This document shows, piece after piece, positions 40,432-49,267 of a stretch of DNA of 64,000 nt (positions are counted from its first letter, which is position 1; the number at the start of each line of letters is the position of its first letter). Under the pieces are notes generated by a model. The model searched no databases and had not been told where the DNA came from. It saw nothing but the letters and a program-made list of their open reading frames with translations. The position numbers and the translations under genes are program-made. Source of the DNA: a virus. Location: the IMG/VR virus record IMGVR_UViG_3300027956_000006. One strand, given 5' to 3'.

Positions 40432-40941
40432 TTATTCCACTAACCTGTATTTTGCATTGTTAATTATAACCTCTTTTGGATTACTAATCTTTTCAGGTGC
40501 TTTTATAATCTCTAACTTCCCGTCTAAACAAATAGGTACTTGGTGTGCCTCTCGTTTGGCTTTAATCGAAACACATTTTATCGAGTTGTAAACACAACAG
40601 AAAGCGTAATATATGATGTCCCTGGCGGTGATGTTCCCGGCGTTGATGTCACAGGCGGTGATGTTCCTGGCGTTGATGTCACAGGCGGTGATGTTCCCGG
40701 CGTTGATGTTCCTGGCGTTGATGTTCCTGGCGGTGATGTCACAGGCGTTGATGTTCCCGGCGTTGATGTTCCCGGCGGTGATGTCCCAGGCGTTGATGTC
40801 ACAGGCGGTGATGTCCCCGGCGGTAACAACTATGCTCGCACTAATTGAAATCGAACACTCAAACTTTACATTCCCCTCGATTGCCAAAACTCCATCTTTA
40901 ATATCTGCCTCAACCTCTTGCTGCGTTTTGTAAATCTTCAT
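40432..40941 (-). CDS. Pentapeptide-repeat (beta-solenoid-like) protein
   Basis: 15-bp repeats encoding I(N/T)A(G/C/R/W)(N/D); GGAGGGGAG RBS. Confidence 0.75.
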   Translation of the reverse strand: MKIYKTQQEVEADIKDGVLAIEGNVKFECSISISASIVVTAGDITACDINAWDITAGNINAGNINACDITARNINARNINAGNITACDINARNITACDINAGNITARDIIYYAFCCVYNSIKCVSIKAKREAHQVPICLDGKLEIIKAPEKISNPKEVIINNAKYRLVE

Positions 40942-40955
40942 ACTCCCCTCCCTGT

Positions 40956-41783
40956 TTACCTCGGTTTGTCCAACTCCCCCAACTTCTTCCTCTTGATGAT
41001 AGCGCTTCTACTCCATCGTCTTTGAAAGTTTTTCCACCCTTTTGAGTATTCAATATCGTTTTCTTTATTTTTGAATAATTGCGCAAAAGGTAAGCACCCC
41101 ATACGATATACTTCGTTTAGTCTATGGATGTTTTCTCTTGCATTATCTCCGATTAAAACATAACAATAAATATGGTTTTTAGTAAACCCTGCTTTATGTA
41201 AAATATCAATCGCTTTTCTTAACGGCTCAATTCCATTCGGTTGATCACACGCTAACCATAAAGTTTTTATTCTTAACCCTCGCAAATCTTCTGCTATCTT
41301 AGGAGTAATTCGATACTTTTCTAATCCACCCTTAAACTCGATAGATTTTTGTTTTTTAAGCATACTTATAACTAATCTCCAATAGCGATCTGAACACGCT
41401 AAAATATTGTTGTCTTGAATAATGTTACCTTCGGGGAAATCATCAAACTCAATCACTCCTTTTCTTACTATACAAAAACTACAATTATTCGGGCAACCTC
41501 TTGAAGTAATTGTAATGCCTTTTTTAAGATACATACCAGGTACAAAGGGTTTATCACTTTCACCGTTAATAGCAACTCCTCCAAGTTTTACTTTATGAAT
41601 ACCGTCTGACCATTTTTCTACCAATTCTTTAGCTTTTGGGATATCCCAAGTAAATTGACAAGAGATGTGGACTTCTTCATATCTTGGGAACCATAAATCT
41701 CTGGGATCATCTTTATACGAAAAAGATAAAGAATCTATTGGCGTCATACTTGTTCTACTTGGGAATACTCTTGCTATTCTCAT
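40956..41783 (-). CDS. Radical SAM protein
   Basis: TSRGCPNNCSFCIV, QDNNILA, YCYVLIG. Confidence 0.85.
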   Translation of the reverse strand: MRIARVFPSRTSMTPIDSLSFSYKDDPRDLWFPRYEEVHISCQFTWDIPKAKELVEKWSDGIHKVKLGGVAINGESDKPFVPGMYLKKGITITSRGCPNNCSFCIVRKGVIEFDDFPEGNIIQDNNILACSDRYWRLVISMLKKQKSIEFKGGLEKYRITPKIAEDLRGLRIKTLWLACDQPNGIEPLRKAIDILHKAGFTKNHIYCYVLIGDNARENIHRLNEVYRMGCLPFAQLFKNKENDIEYSKGWKNFQRRWSRSAIIKRKKLGELDKPR

Positions 41784-41947
41784 TTGGTTATCTCCCCTCT
41801 CTCAATAGCCTCAGTTAATCTACGCTCTAACCTTTCTCTATCCATCTTTTCTTACCTCTTCATTCTTTTTAGAAAACCTTTATATGCCGCTATCCTACGA
41901 AGCAAACTTTTATTCGCTTCTTGTTCTTCTTCATTTACCCTCCTTTC

Positions 41948-42145
41948 TTAAGAATAAACATCTATTTCTTTCTCACATTTTGGACATTCTATATAAACCC
42001 CATATACACCACAACTTTCACAAGATAAAATATGCAAACAAATCGGAGTATCTTGTTTTTTGGCATCTGAATATTCCCAATGCGATAACAAACCTTCTAC
42101 TTTTGACTTACATTCAGGACAAACAAATTTAATGTGTATGCTCAT
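41948..42145 (-). CDS. Small Cys-rich Zn-binding protein
   Basis: Three CxxC pairs. Confidence 0.55.
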   Translation of the reverse strand: MSIHIKFVCPECKSKVEGLLSHWEYSDAKKQDTPICLHILSCESCGVYGVYIECPKCEKEIDVYS

Positions 42146-42183
42146 AATTTCTTCCGCTTCTTATCCTTCATGGTTACTCCTTT

Positions 42184-42453
42184 TTAAATTATTAAAAATT
42201 CATTTGGTTCTTGGATATTAAGTTTCAAGATAATCCTATTAAGTTTTTTCTCAATACGAAAGAGATAATCTTTAACACTGTCCGACTTAGCTTCTGATAG
42301 CCTTTCAACCTTGTCTTTCATAGCTTGCAATTCTTCATATGTTCCAAAATGAATTGCCTTAGTTTTAGCCATTTCTTTAGGATCACTTAACGCATCTATT
42401 AAAGACTCTTGCACTAAAATCTTACTAAATGTTCCATCATTATATTCTTGCAT
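42184..42453 (-). CDS. Hypothetical protein
   Basis: AAGGAG RBS directly after tRNA-like element 4. Confidence 0.6.
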   Translation of the reverse strand: MQEYNDGTFSKILVQESLIDALSDPKEMAKTKAIHFGTYEELQAMKDKVERLSEAKSDSVKDYLFRIEKKLNRIILKLNIQEPNEFLII

Positions 42454-42470
42454 TAGCTCTCCTTTTTAAT

Positions 42471-42549
42471 CAGTGCACCGGCAGGATTTGAACCTACGAT
42501 TATCCTCTATCGAAGATGCGCTTAACCAGACTACGCCACAACCACCGCC
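42471..42549 (-). ncRNA. tRNA-like element 4 (closest to a canonical cloverleaf, degenerate)
   Basis: TGGCGTAGTCTGGTTAAGCGC D-arm, ATCTT-CGATAG-AGGAT arm with 6-nt loop, GTAGGTTCAAATCCTGC T-arm; weak acceptor stem, no CCA. Confidence 0.65.
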
Positions 42550-42560
42550 TTGATAGTTAA

Positions 42561-42734
42561 TTATTTTACCCAAATAACCCCAGATTCACCGAGCTTTTGT
42601 TGTTGATGGTACCCATTTTTTATAAACTGAGAATTCATTTTGTAACTGTAAATCGGCAAACAGATAACCAACCCAATAGATACAATCATTATAACAACAG
42701 CCAAAATGATACCTTCATTACTCCAATTATCCAT
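42561..42734 (-). CDS. Small membrane protein, copy B (57 aa)
   Basis: Near-duplicate of 39725..39898. Confidence 0.65.
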   Translation of the reverse strand: MDNWSNEGIILAVVIMIVSIGLVICLPIYSYKMNSQFIKNGYHQQQKLGESGVIWVK

Positions 42735-42758
42735 TCTTCACTCCCTTTCCGCCTTTGG

Positions 42759-43010
42759 TTATTTGTTCTCCTGTGTAGGTATTGATTTAAGCCTAACCTT
42801 GTGATTTCCACTATAAATTTCTCTATCAAATTCTTCTAAGTATCCTAACTTTATCAGTTTATCAACCGTTGCCAATTTGTAATGATTCATTGTTTTATGC
42901 ATAAAATAATAAGAAGTAGGATTGTAACTCCCCATGTAAGGCATATAATGGAGAAAATCACCCATCTTTAAATCATTTAACAATTCTTGTTGTGTTTTAC
43001 TTAGTTTCAT
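42759..43010 (-). CDS. Hypothetical protein (possible winged helix)
   Basis: MKLSKTQQELL...TVDKLIKLGYLE. Confidence 0.55.
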   Translation of the reverse strand: MKLSKTQQELLNDLKMGDFLHYMPYMGSYNPTSYYFMHKTMNHYKLATVDKLIKLGYLEEFDREIYSGNHKVRLKSIPTQENK

Positions 43011-43020
43011 ACCCTCTCCT

Positions 43021-43335
43021 TTACTTGTCCGGATTCTGTTTGTTTAAATCAAAATATTCACAAAGACTTTCTATTAATTCTTTCTTACTACTACTTTCTT
43101 CAATTAACATTTTTACATCATCCTGAGTAATTTTCTGATCATAAGTTGTTTCTTCTATTCTTGATATGATTGTGCTTGCATAATAATTTGTTTTAGATAA
43201 TCCTGTAAAATATTCATATACTTTACTTGCTTGTTCCATTAGAAAACCATAGTCTAATAATTCATTCATCACTTTTCTTTTGCTTAACCTACCTTTTACA
43301 TAAATTATCCCTTCCCAATCTTTTTTATTTAGCAT
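43021..43335 (-). CDS. Hypothetical phage protein
   Basis: ELLDY...VYEYFTGLSKTNY; GGAGG RBS. Confidence 0.6.
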   Translation of the reverse strand: MLNKKDWEGIIYVKGRLSKRKVMNELLDYGFLMEQASKVYEYFTGLSKTNYYASTIISRIEETTYDQKITQDDVKMLIEESSSKKELIESLCEYFDLNKQNPDK

Positions 43336-43398
43336 TTGCCTACCTCCCCCAACTTCTGTTTGTATGTGGTGATGAGTCCTTCGAGTTTAAATTATATA

Positions 43399-44106
43399 TT
43401 ATTGCTCCATATTAATACCTAACCTTTTCAAATTAATTTTCTTTTTTATAGTAATATTATTTGCTTGGAGTAATTTTATAAATTCTAAAATCTTTTCCTT
43501 ACTTGGTTCTTTTAATCCACAATTCTTACTGTCTATACCTATATTAACAAAACTTGGTTTAGCATTAACAATTAATAATGCAAAATCTTGAGCATCGAAA
43601 TCTAAAGCTGGTTCAATCGTAATAAATGTTTTAAAACCCGCAGCAGCAATTTGCGTTATCCCCTCTATGCGCTCCATAGATAGTGGTGCTTTACTTATAT
43701 TATCCATATTACGATTAGTTTCTATGGTAGTCCCAATAAGCGAATTCTTAGGAAATAAAGCAAGAAATTCTACCATCCGTTTAGGGTTTTTACTCTGAAA
43801 CACATATTGATTACCAGAATATTTCCGACAATGATTAAGAATCTTTACTATCCACAACCTATCTATTTCTTTAGCAAACATATCATTCATATGCTCAATA
43901 AATATTATTTTATTAAAACCATAATCAACCCCAAACTCTGATTCAATTAATCTAAGATCACCTAAATAACGTGGACTGACCCCAAACCTATTCTTCTGCA
44001 CATAACAATAACTACATTTATGTAGACATGCACCAGCTAAATGAGAATGCATATGTGTAACCCAGTCATACATATTTCCCTTAGATATTTTTAACATGCT
44101 GCCCAC
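43399..44106 (-). CDS. Radical SAM-like protein (Gp37/Gp68, DUF5131-like)
   Basis: GACLHKCSYCY, FQSKNP, GTTIETNR, TIEP. Confidence 0.8.
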   Translation of the reverse strand: MGSMLKISKGNMYDWVTHMHSHLAGACLHKCSYCYVQKNRFGVSPRYLGDLRLIESEFGVDYGFNKIIFIEHMNDMFAKEIDRLWIVKILNHCRKYSGNQYVFQSKNPKRMVEFLALFPKNSLIGTTIETNRNMDNISKAPLSMERIEGITQIAAAGFKTFITIEPALDFDAQDFALLIVNAKPSFVNIGIDSKNCGLKEPSKEKILEFIKLLQANNITIKKKINLKRLGINMEQ

Positions 44107-44341
44107 CCCTTTATATTTTATAATATTTATTTAATAAACTTAAATCTAAAGCAACTTTACTTGCTCTTTTTATTCAATACTATCTCCAATCTCTTGATAA
44201 AAATATCGTACCCCTCACTAACAGTCTCGCCAAATTCTTGTAACAATTCCTGAGACAATTTTTCATCATCTTCCTTAATTTTTATAATCCTCATTATCCA
44301 TTTTTTTTGTTTTTCTTTTAACATTTTAGCTCCATTTAAAA

Positions 44342-44497
44342 GGCCTTAACAAGATTCTTACTTGATTTTAGAGATAGCATATGGTCATTTATCTATCATA
44401 ACACGGCTCTCAATCCTCGCCAAGCCATATGAAACCGTGATTATCTATCTAGTTCGAGGTTTCCTCTAGAGCGTTTTCATCAGAACGCCATAAGGCC
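44342..44497 (-). ncRNA. tRNA-like structured element 5 (expanded interior)
   Basis: 7-bp stem GGCCTTA/TAAGGCC, TG linker, GCGTT...AACGC D-like hairpin, CAAG...CTTG 3' hairpin; intergenic. Confidence 0.5.
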
Positions 44498-44508
44498 AAC
44501 TTTAAAGT

Positions 44509-44754
44509 TTAAATATTGTGTATTCTATCCTCTGCTTTGGTAAAATCTATATAATACTCCTTACCTATTTTAAAAAAATCATACGCTTGTTCATTAGTGA
44601 TAGTAAGTGCTATTTTACCAGAAGGAGTGTACTTAGAAAATGTTTTATTCTCTTCACTCCCAGTTATAGCCGGAAGTAATTCTACGTTAATATTACCTAC
44701 GAAAATTTCTAATCTTGATACAACAAACTTTGCTCTTAATATATTATCTCCCAT
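44509..44754 (-). CDS. Hypothetical phage protein
   Basis: RAKF...ENKTFSKYTPSGKI...GKEYYIDFT. Confidence 0.7.
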   Translation of the reverse strand: MGDNILRAKFVVSRLEIFVGNINVELLPAITGSEENKTFSKYTPSGKIALTITNEQAYDFFKIGKEYYIDFTKAEDRIHNI

Positions 44755-44802
44755 TTAAAGTCTCCTTATTTTGTCCCTGTCTATTATATTTAAAACATTA
44801 AT

Positions 44803-44874
44803 CACTGTTTTAAGTTAAACACTGTTTTAAGTTAAACACTGTTTTAAGTTAAACACTGTTTTAAGTTAAACACT
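44803..44874. repeat. Perfect 17-bp tandem repeat CACTGTTTTAAGTTAAA x4
   Basis: Read directly. Confidence 0.95.
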
Positions 44875-45052
44875 TAGTCTGTGCCCCATATTTACGGATA
44901 TTGAACCTTCGTAATCTTGCCATAATTTCCTTATATATAATATCAACATCTTTCTTCTTTACTTTTTTCTTACCATGTAAATATGCATAATCTGTTAATC
45001 TAGTCACTAAAGATTTCATTCCTATATTTTTTAATTCACTTTTATTCTGCAT
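44861..45052 (-). CDS. Hypothetical basic protein
   Basis: Coupled to upstream ORF. Confidence 0.45.
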   Translation of the reverse strand: MQNKSELKNIGMKSLVTRLTDYAYLHGKKKVKKKDVDIIYKEIMARLRRFNIRKYGAQTKCLT

Positions 45053-45518
45053 CTGATACCCCTATTAATTTAACTAACAATTCATAAAGTCCCTTTGCAA
45101 CATTCCAATGTTTTTTCTTCCCATTAACCATAACCGTAATAAAAACACGACCTCGTTTTAAATTTACATTTTTCTTAACAATCTCAATCTTATCATCATA
45201 ACGCGTTAATTCTGTAAGTAATGCTTCCCCAATATGCTTTTCTATTGCGTAATGATCTACTAAAACCGTACAATTATAATGAGCACCTTGTAAAGATAAA
45301 TTATTCCAATCAAAGTTCCCTAGAGAAGCTGTAGTTTCAACTTTTATACCGAATTTATTATTATAAGGACTTTCATTACCTAATAATAAAGCTATTCTTC
45401 TCCTTTCTTGTTCATCAACAGCAATAATATACACCGCCCTACCTAAAAGAGCTAGTTTTTTAGCCTCTTCCAACATCCTAGTAGTTCTCCCAGTATTTCT
45501 TTTGTTTTTCATATTCAC
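45042..45518 (-). CDS. Hypothetical protein with degenerate P-loop-like N-terminus
   Basis: RNTGRTTRML...VLVDH. Confidence 0.55.
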   Translation of the reverse strand: MNMKNKRNTGRTTRMLEEAKKLALLGRAVYIIAVDEQERRRIALLLGNESPYNNKFGIKVETTASLGNFDWNNLSLQGAHYNCTVLVDHYAIEKHIGEALLTELTRYDDKIEIVKKNVNLKRGRVFITVMVNGKKKHWNVAKGLYELLVKLIGVSDAE

Positions 45519-45548
45519 CCCTATTCAATCTCTTCCTTTTTTAGTCCT

Positions 45549-45866
45549 CTATAACCCACAATCATAATTCAACATATTCAATTTATCCTGTAAACCTAAT
45601 TTATTCAGTTCTCTTATCATTGAACTAGAAATATGAGATAATTTTCTATCACAAATAAAATATACTACTGGAATTTCTAATCCTAAATCTTCGTTCCAAT
45701 ATTGCATATTTGTCTCATATTGTAAATCAGCACCATTTCTTAGCCCTCTAATTACCGCAGAAGCTTGAACTTCTTTACAAAAATAAACCTCATATTTTGT
45801 TCTAATTATTTTCATTTCTAAACTTTTTTTATAACTCATCGCAATTTCTTTTTTATATTTTGACAA
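45549..45866 (-). pseudogene. C-terminal fragment of a phosphopantetheine adenylyltransferase-like (CoaD) gene
   Basis: VIRGLRNGADLQYE and HISSSMIREL present; N-terminal GxFDPxHxGH absent. Confidence 0.65.
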
Positions 45867-46624
45867 AATTTCTTAAACTTAATTTTAAACTTTACTTTAT
45901 CTAAATCAATACCCCTTTTATTAACCCACAAACAATCATTCCACAGACATCTTTCGAGACCTGTATAAGTATCAAATTCTACGCCAAATCTTTTACATCT
46001 AGGACATCGTTTCATTAACGATCATTACCTCAAATATTAAAATCAGAATTTTGAATTTCGAATTTCGAATTTCGAGATTTAAGACTTATTTAAACCCATT
46101 CTGATCTTAATCGTTTTATCTTGCTTTTCTTTTTTAACAATTTTATATTCTTATTTATAGAGGGTATTGATATAGTTAATTTATCAGTAGCACAAAAACC
46201 ACAACTTGATACCAACTGAAATCCTATACACCCTGATGCGTTAGGGCCACCAGTCATTCCACAATTAGCACATTTCCAACCCATTTATTCCACCCCTATC
46301 TTACTTGTATTATTATCATTATACCAAATCCTATCAACAAGAACTTTTAAACCACCAGCCTTATCTATTTTTCTACAAAACCTATTTGTTAAAACTATAA
46401 CCGCATATACCTCAATTACTATAAGTATTGCCAAAAATATCATTGATACTTGAGCTTCTCGATTCATGTTGTTAAGCTCCTTTCTTTAAAAAACACATAT
46501 TATTATTAATAATACTTATAAAGAAGATAACTATATATAGGCATAAGTATTATTATTAATAATTCCTTTGAAAAAAAACATATATATAAAGAAAAGTTAT
46601 TTATTATAAAATAAATAAAAGACA

Positions 46625-46807
46625 CTACTTATACTTACTAAACTCTACTTCTGGAAAACTAGTTGGTTCATCTAGATAAGTGTCAACCAAAGCTTCTATT
46701 ATAATCCCATAAGGGATGTTACGTCGCGCAGAAAAAATCTTTAATTTAGTAAAGATCTCTTGACGCATAGTAAATGTCTTCTTCTGCTTCTTTACTTTGT
46801 CAGTCAT
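46625..46807 (-). CDS. Ribbon-helix-helix-like DNA-binding protein
   Basis: KKTFTMRQEIFTKLKIFSARRNIPYGIIIEALV. Confidence 0.6.
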   Translation of the reverse strand: MTDKVKKQKKTFTMRQEIFTKLKIFSARRNIPYGIIIEALVDTYLDEPTSFPEVEFSKYK

Positions 46808-46933
46808 GTTTCTCCAATCATTAAACCTAATAGAAAAAGAAGCATTTTTTGTTGTTTTAATTCAATCTCTTTTTCATCAGGTATTTCTTCTATCTCTTCA
46901 AAGTTAAACAAATCACCCATATTATGTCTTTCT

Positions 46934-47191
46934 TTAATATACATCTCCATTTAAAGTGATCTTATTGTTTTCATATAAGCTTAGTACTCTGCGATAAAAT
47001 TCAAGTTTGGCGCATTCGAGTATACCAATAACTTCGTTATAAGTACTATAACTATTAGCACGATGATTCGCGTAAGCAATACATAGTTTAGTAATAACAT
47101 AATTAAGATCACCCGGATCTTTAATATTGTCAACTAAAGCAGCAAGACCAGTTGCGAAGTTTGTTCTTGACTCTTTTTTAATATAGGGCAT
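46934..47191 (-). CDS. Conserved hypothetical phage protein (DUF6899-like)
   Basis: MPYIK...GDLNY...YNEVIGILECAKLEFYRR...NGDVY. Confidence 0.7.
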   Translation of the reverse strand: MPYIKKESRTNFATGLAALVDNIKDPGDLNYVITKLCIAYANHRANSYSTYNEVIGILECAKLEFYRRVLSLYENNKITLNGDVY

Positions 47192-47192
47192 A

Positions 47193-48092
47193 TTATGCTT
47201 TCCTCACTTCTTGTGTAAACATCTTAAATCCAGTAACAATACGCTGCCAAACTGTAGGTTTAACTGTTTGTTGCAAAGGTGCCGCTATGTTTTTGGGTAA
47301 AGAGTTTAATTTTAAAATTTCTTTAAACTGTTCTTTTGTTAAGTGAATATTGTGCTTTGTAGCTAGATGTTTTAAAATACGTGCCCGTACTTGGTGCGAG
47401 CCCTTATATTTTAATACTTCTATTAATTCATTAGTATTTAAAATAGGATAAGTATTAGTTGGTGTGTATATATTACTATTCGCATTATATGGCTTGTTAA
47501 TATGATATCGTATAGTAGTATATTTAGGCGACCATCCGAAGGTAGCTTTTAATTGTGTTTCAATAGCAGAAGTAGTGAAATGCTGTTTATGATAAAGCTG
47601 CATTATAGTGCTTATCATATTAAGAGGGACTTTCTTATATAGATGCGAAGATGTAGGAGATGTAGAAGATGAAGAAGATCTGTCAGAAGTTGAAGAAGCG
47701 CTCTTTATATATCGATTGAATCTCTTCTGTTTATTTTTACGATAGTTCTTCGTTTTTGATGATGTCCAATAAGATATAGTAGGAGAAGCAACTGTACGAT
47801 TAAATTGCTGTTGGAATGCGGCAATAATTTCAGTATGTGTTTTAAATTGTTTACGTAAAGAGACAATAAAATGTATCTGTTCTCTTGATAACCTTAGCGT
47901 TGTTTGATTTGAATTGAATCTAACAGCAGATACTTGTATAGTCGGGGTAGAAGGTAGCACTAACTGTTCTTCTTGATGTAAGACTGGGGATGGTGTTATT
48001 GTTGGGCTAGGAGAGAGAGTTGCTTCGATTATAGCGGGAGTTTCTACTTTAGGTGTTTCTGTGACTGATGTTTCTACTTTAACTTCTTCCAT
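47193..48092 (-). CDS. Putative DNA-binding protein with repeated HTH-like units
   Basis: Two similar helical units (..IAAFQQQFNRTVASPTISYW / ..ETQLKATFGWSPKYTTIRYH); strong promoter and RBS. Confidence 0.55.
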   Translation of the reverse strand: MEEVKVETSVTETPKVETPAIIEATLSPSPTITPSPVLHQEEQLVLPSTPTIQVSAVRFNSNQTTLRLSREQIHFIVSLRKQFKTHTEIIAAFQQQFNRTVASPTISYWTSSKTKNYRKNKQKRFNRYIKSASSTSDRSSSSSTSPTSSHLYKKVPLNMISTIMQLYHKQHFTTSAIETQLKATFGWSPKYTTIRYHINKPYNANSNIYTPTNTYPILNTNELIEVLKYKGSHQVRARILKHLATKHNIHLTKEQFKEILKLNSLPKNIAAPLQQTVKPTVWQRIVTGFKMFTQEVRKA

Positions 48093-48140
48093 TTTACTTC
48101 CTCCTTTTATAAGGTTGGTTGTTTTTCTGATCGTAAGTGT

Positions 48141-48168
48141 ATTATAACATATTATCTGTTTTTGTCAA
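48141..48168 (-). promoter_or_regulatory. Strong sigma70-type promoter for the leftward arm
   Basis: TTGACA-16 bp-TATAAT with extended -10 TG. Confidence 0.75.
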
Positions 48169-48409
48169 GAAATATTTATTTATGTATAGAGATCAAAAAA
48201 AATACTGGAAAAATTTTTATTAAACAGTTGCGTTTTTTCTGAAAAAAATTAAAAGAATTTTATAAGAAAAAAAAAGTGGGGGGTCTGTTGTCTTTTCTTT
48301 TTTATCTTTTGTTGTATCTTGTTTATATCATTGAATATTTAAAATACATTTTTTTGTTGAAAGTCTTATGAGCTATTTTTTTAAAAAAAAATATCCAAAG
48401 CTTTGAGCC

Positions 48410-48450
48410 TAACTATACTTAACTATACTTAACTATACTTAACTATAGTT
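48410..48450. repeat. 10-bp tandem repeat AACTATACTT x4 (last copy variant)
   Basis: Read directly. Confidence 0.9.
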
Positions 48451-48590
48451 ATCAACACTCATAAAAAAATGCAAGCTATTTTTTATATTAATGCTTTGTG
48501 TTTTTATAATATGTTGAGTATCTTCTCTCTCTATAATAAAATATACACTTATGAATAAGCGTATATATAGCTATATAAAATAAAAAATAT

Positions 48591-48613
48591 ATGAGCAATG
48601 CTGTAACGCTCAT
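48591..48613 (-). terminator. Possible terminator of the GG/CC-free gene
   Basis: ATGAGC/GCTCAT stem just after the stop, followed by ATATTTTTT. Confidence 0.45.
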
Positions 48614-49009
48614 TTATTTTTTAGCTGTTGACTTCACAGCTTTTTTTTGTGCTGTTGTGTTATCAACATGCTTGTTGATATACTTAACAGCATCATTTTG
48701 CAAAAAACGGGCAAGATTATCTGCACTTGTGCAATACGCTGTATTTTTACATAAGTGCTGTTTTTTAGCTTCACTATCGACTTTTAACTGCGAAGCTATT
48801 TTATAAGTCTTATGCAATTTATGCAAAAAAACTGCACGCTCTTTTGTCTTAAGCAAGTCTTCAACTTGCGAGCGTGTTAGTTTTGCACTATCAACACGCT
48901 TTGAATCGTTAGCAAAATACTTGATAGATTGCAAGACAACATTTTTATTTTTGTCTTGCTCAATATTAATCTTCTCTCTTACTATCTCAACAACTTTTTT
49001 TGTACTCAT
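48614..49009 (-). CDS. Basic 131-aa protein lacking Gly, Pro and Trp, encoded in GG/CC-free DNA
   Basis: MSTKKVV...STAKK; own promoter, GAGAGAG RBS-like tract and terminator; function unknown. Confidence 0.65.
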   Translation of the reverse strand: MSTKKVVEIVREKINIEQDKNKNVVLQSIKYFANDSKRVDSAKLTRSQVEDLLKTKERAVFLHKLHKTYKIASQLKVDSEAKKQHLCKNTAYCTSADNLARFLQNDAVKYINKHVDNTTAQKKAVKSTAKK

Positions 49010-49157
49010 TTTTTTTTCTCTCTCTGTGATATAAAAAATAGCTTGCATTTTTTGCTTGCAAAATTAGCACTACGCAACAAGCTTCTGTTAAGCTTCAACT
49101 GCTTATCGCTTTGAGTATGTTTTGTTATACATACATATATTAAAGAACTATGCTGTT

Positions 49158-49185
49158 ATTATCTCATAATGATATTTTAAGTCAA
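49158..49185 (-). promoter_or_regulatory. Probable sigma70-type promoter for 48614..49009
   Basis: TTGACT-16 bp-GATAAT with A-rich upstream tract. Confidence 0.5.
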
Positions 49186-49267
49186 GTCTTTTTTTTAATA
49201 TTTTTTATGTTATATTTTTTATCATAATTTTAGACTTATTGTAGTTACAATAAGTATCATATATGCA

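Larger units (their letters stand above)
48464..49053. repeat. Perfect 25-bp inverted repeat pair (48464-48488 and 49029-49053)
   Basis: AAAAAATGCAAGCTATTTTTTATAT and its reverse complement. Confidence 0.9.

Noticed and set aside
42471-42549. Functional tRNA (GAT or similar anticodon)
   Set aside because: Six-nt anticodon loop, poorly paired acceptor stem and no CCA; kept only as tRNA-like.
36520-42735. Diversity-generating retroelement template/variable pairs (36520/37595 and 39710/42546 duplicates)
   Set aside because: Differences are not adenine-specific on either strand and no reverse transcriptase is present.
44440-44490. Hammerhead ribozyme (CTGATGA...GAAA on the minus strand)
   Set aside because: I could not build the three required stems; CTGATGA sits in a simple hairpin loop.
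46047-46080. GAATTTC heptamer repeat (also near 52517)
   Set aside because: Only 3-4 imperfect copies; too short to assign a role.
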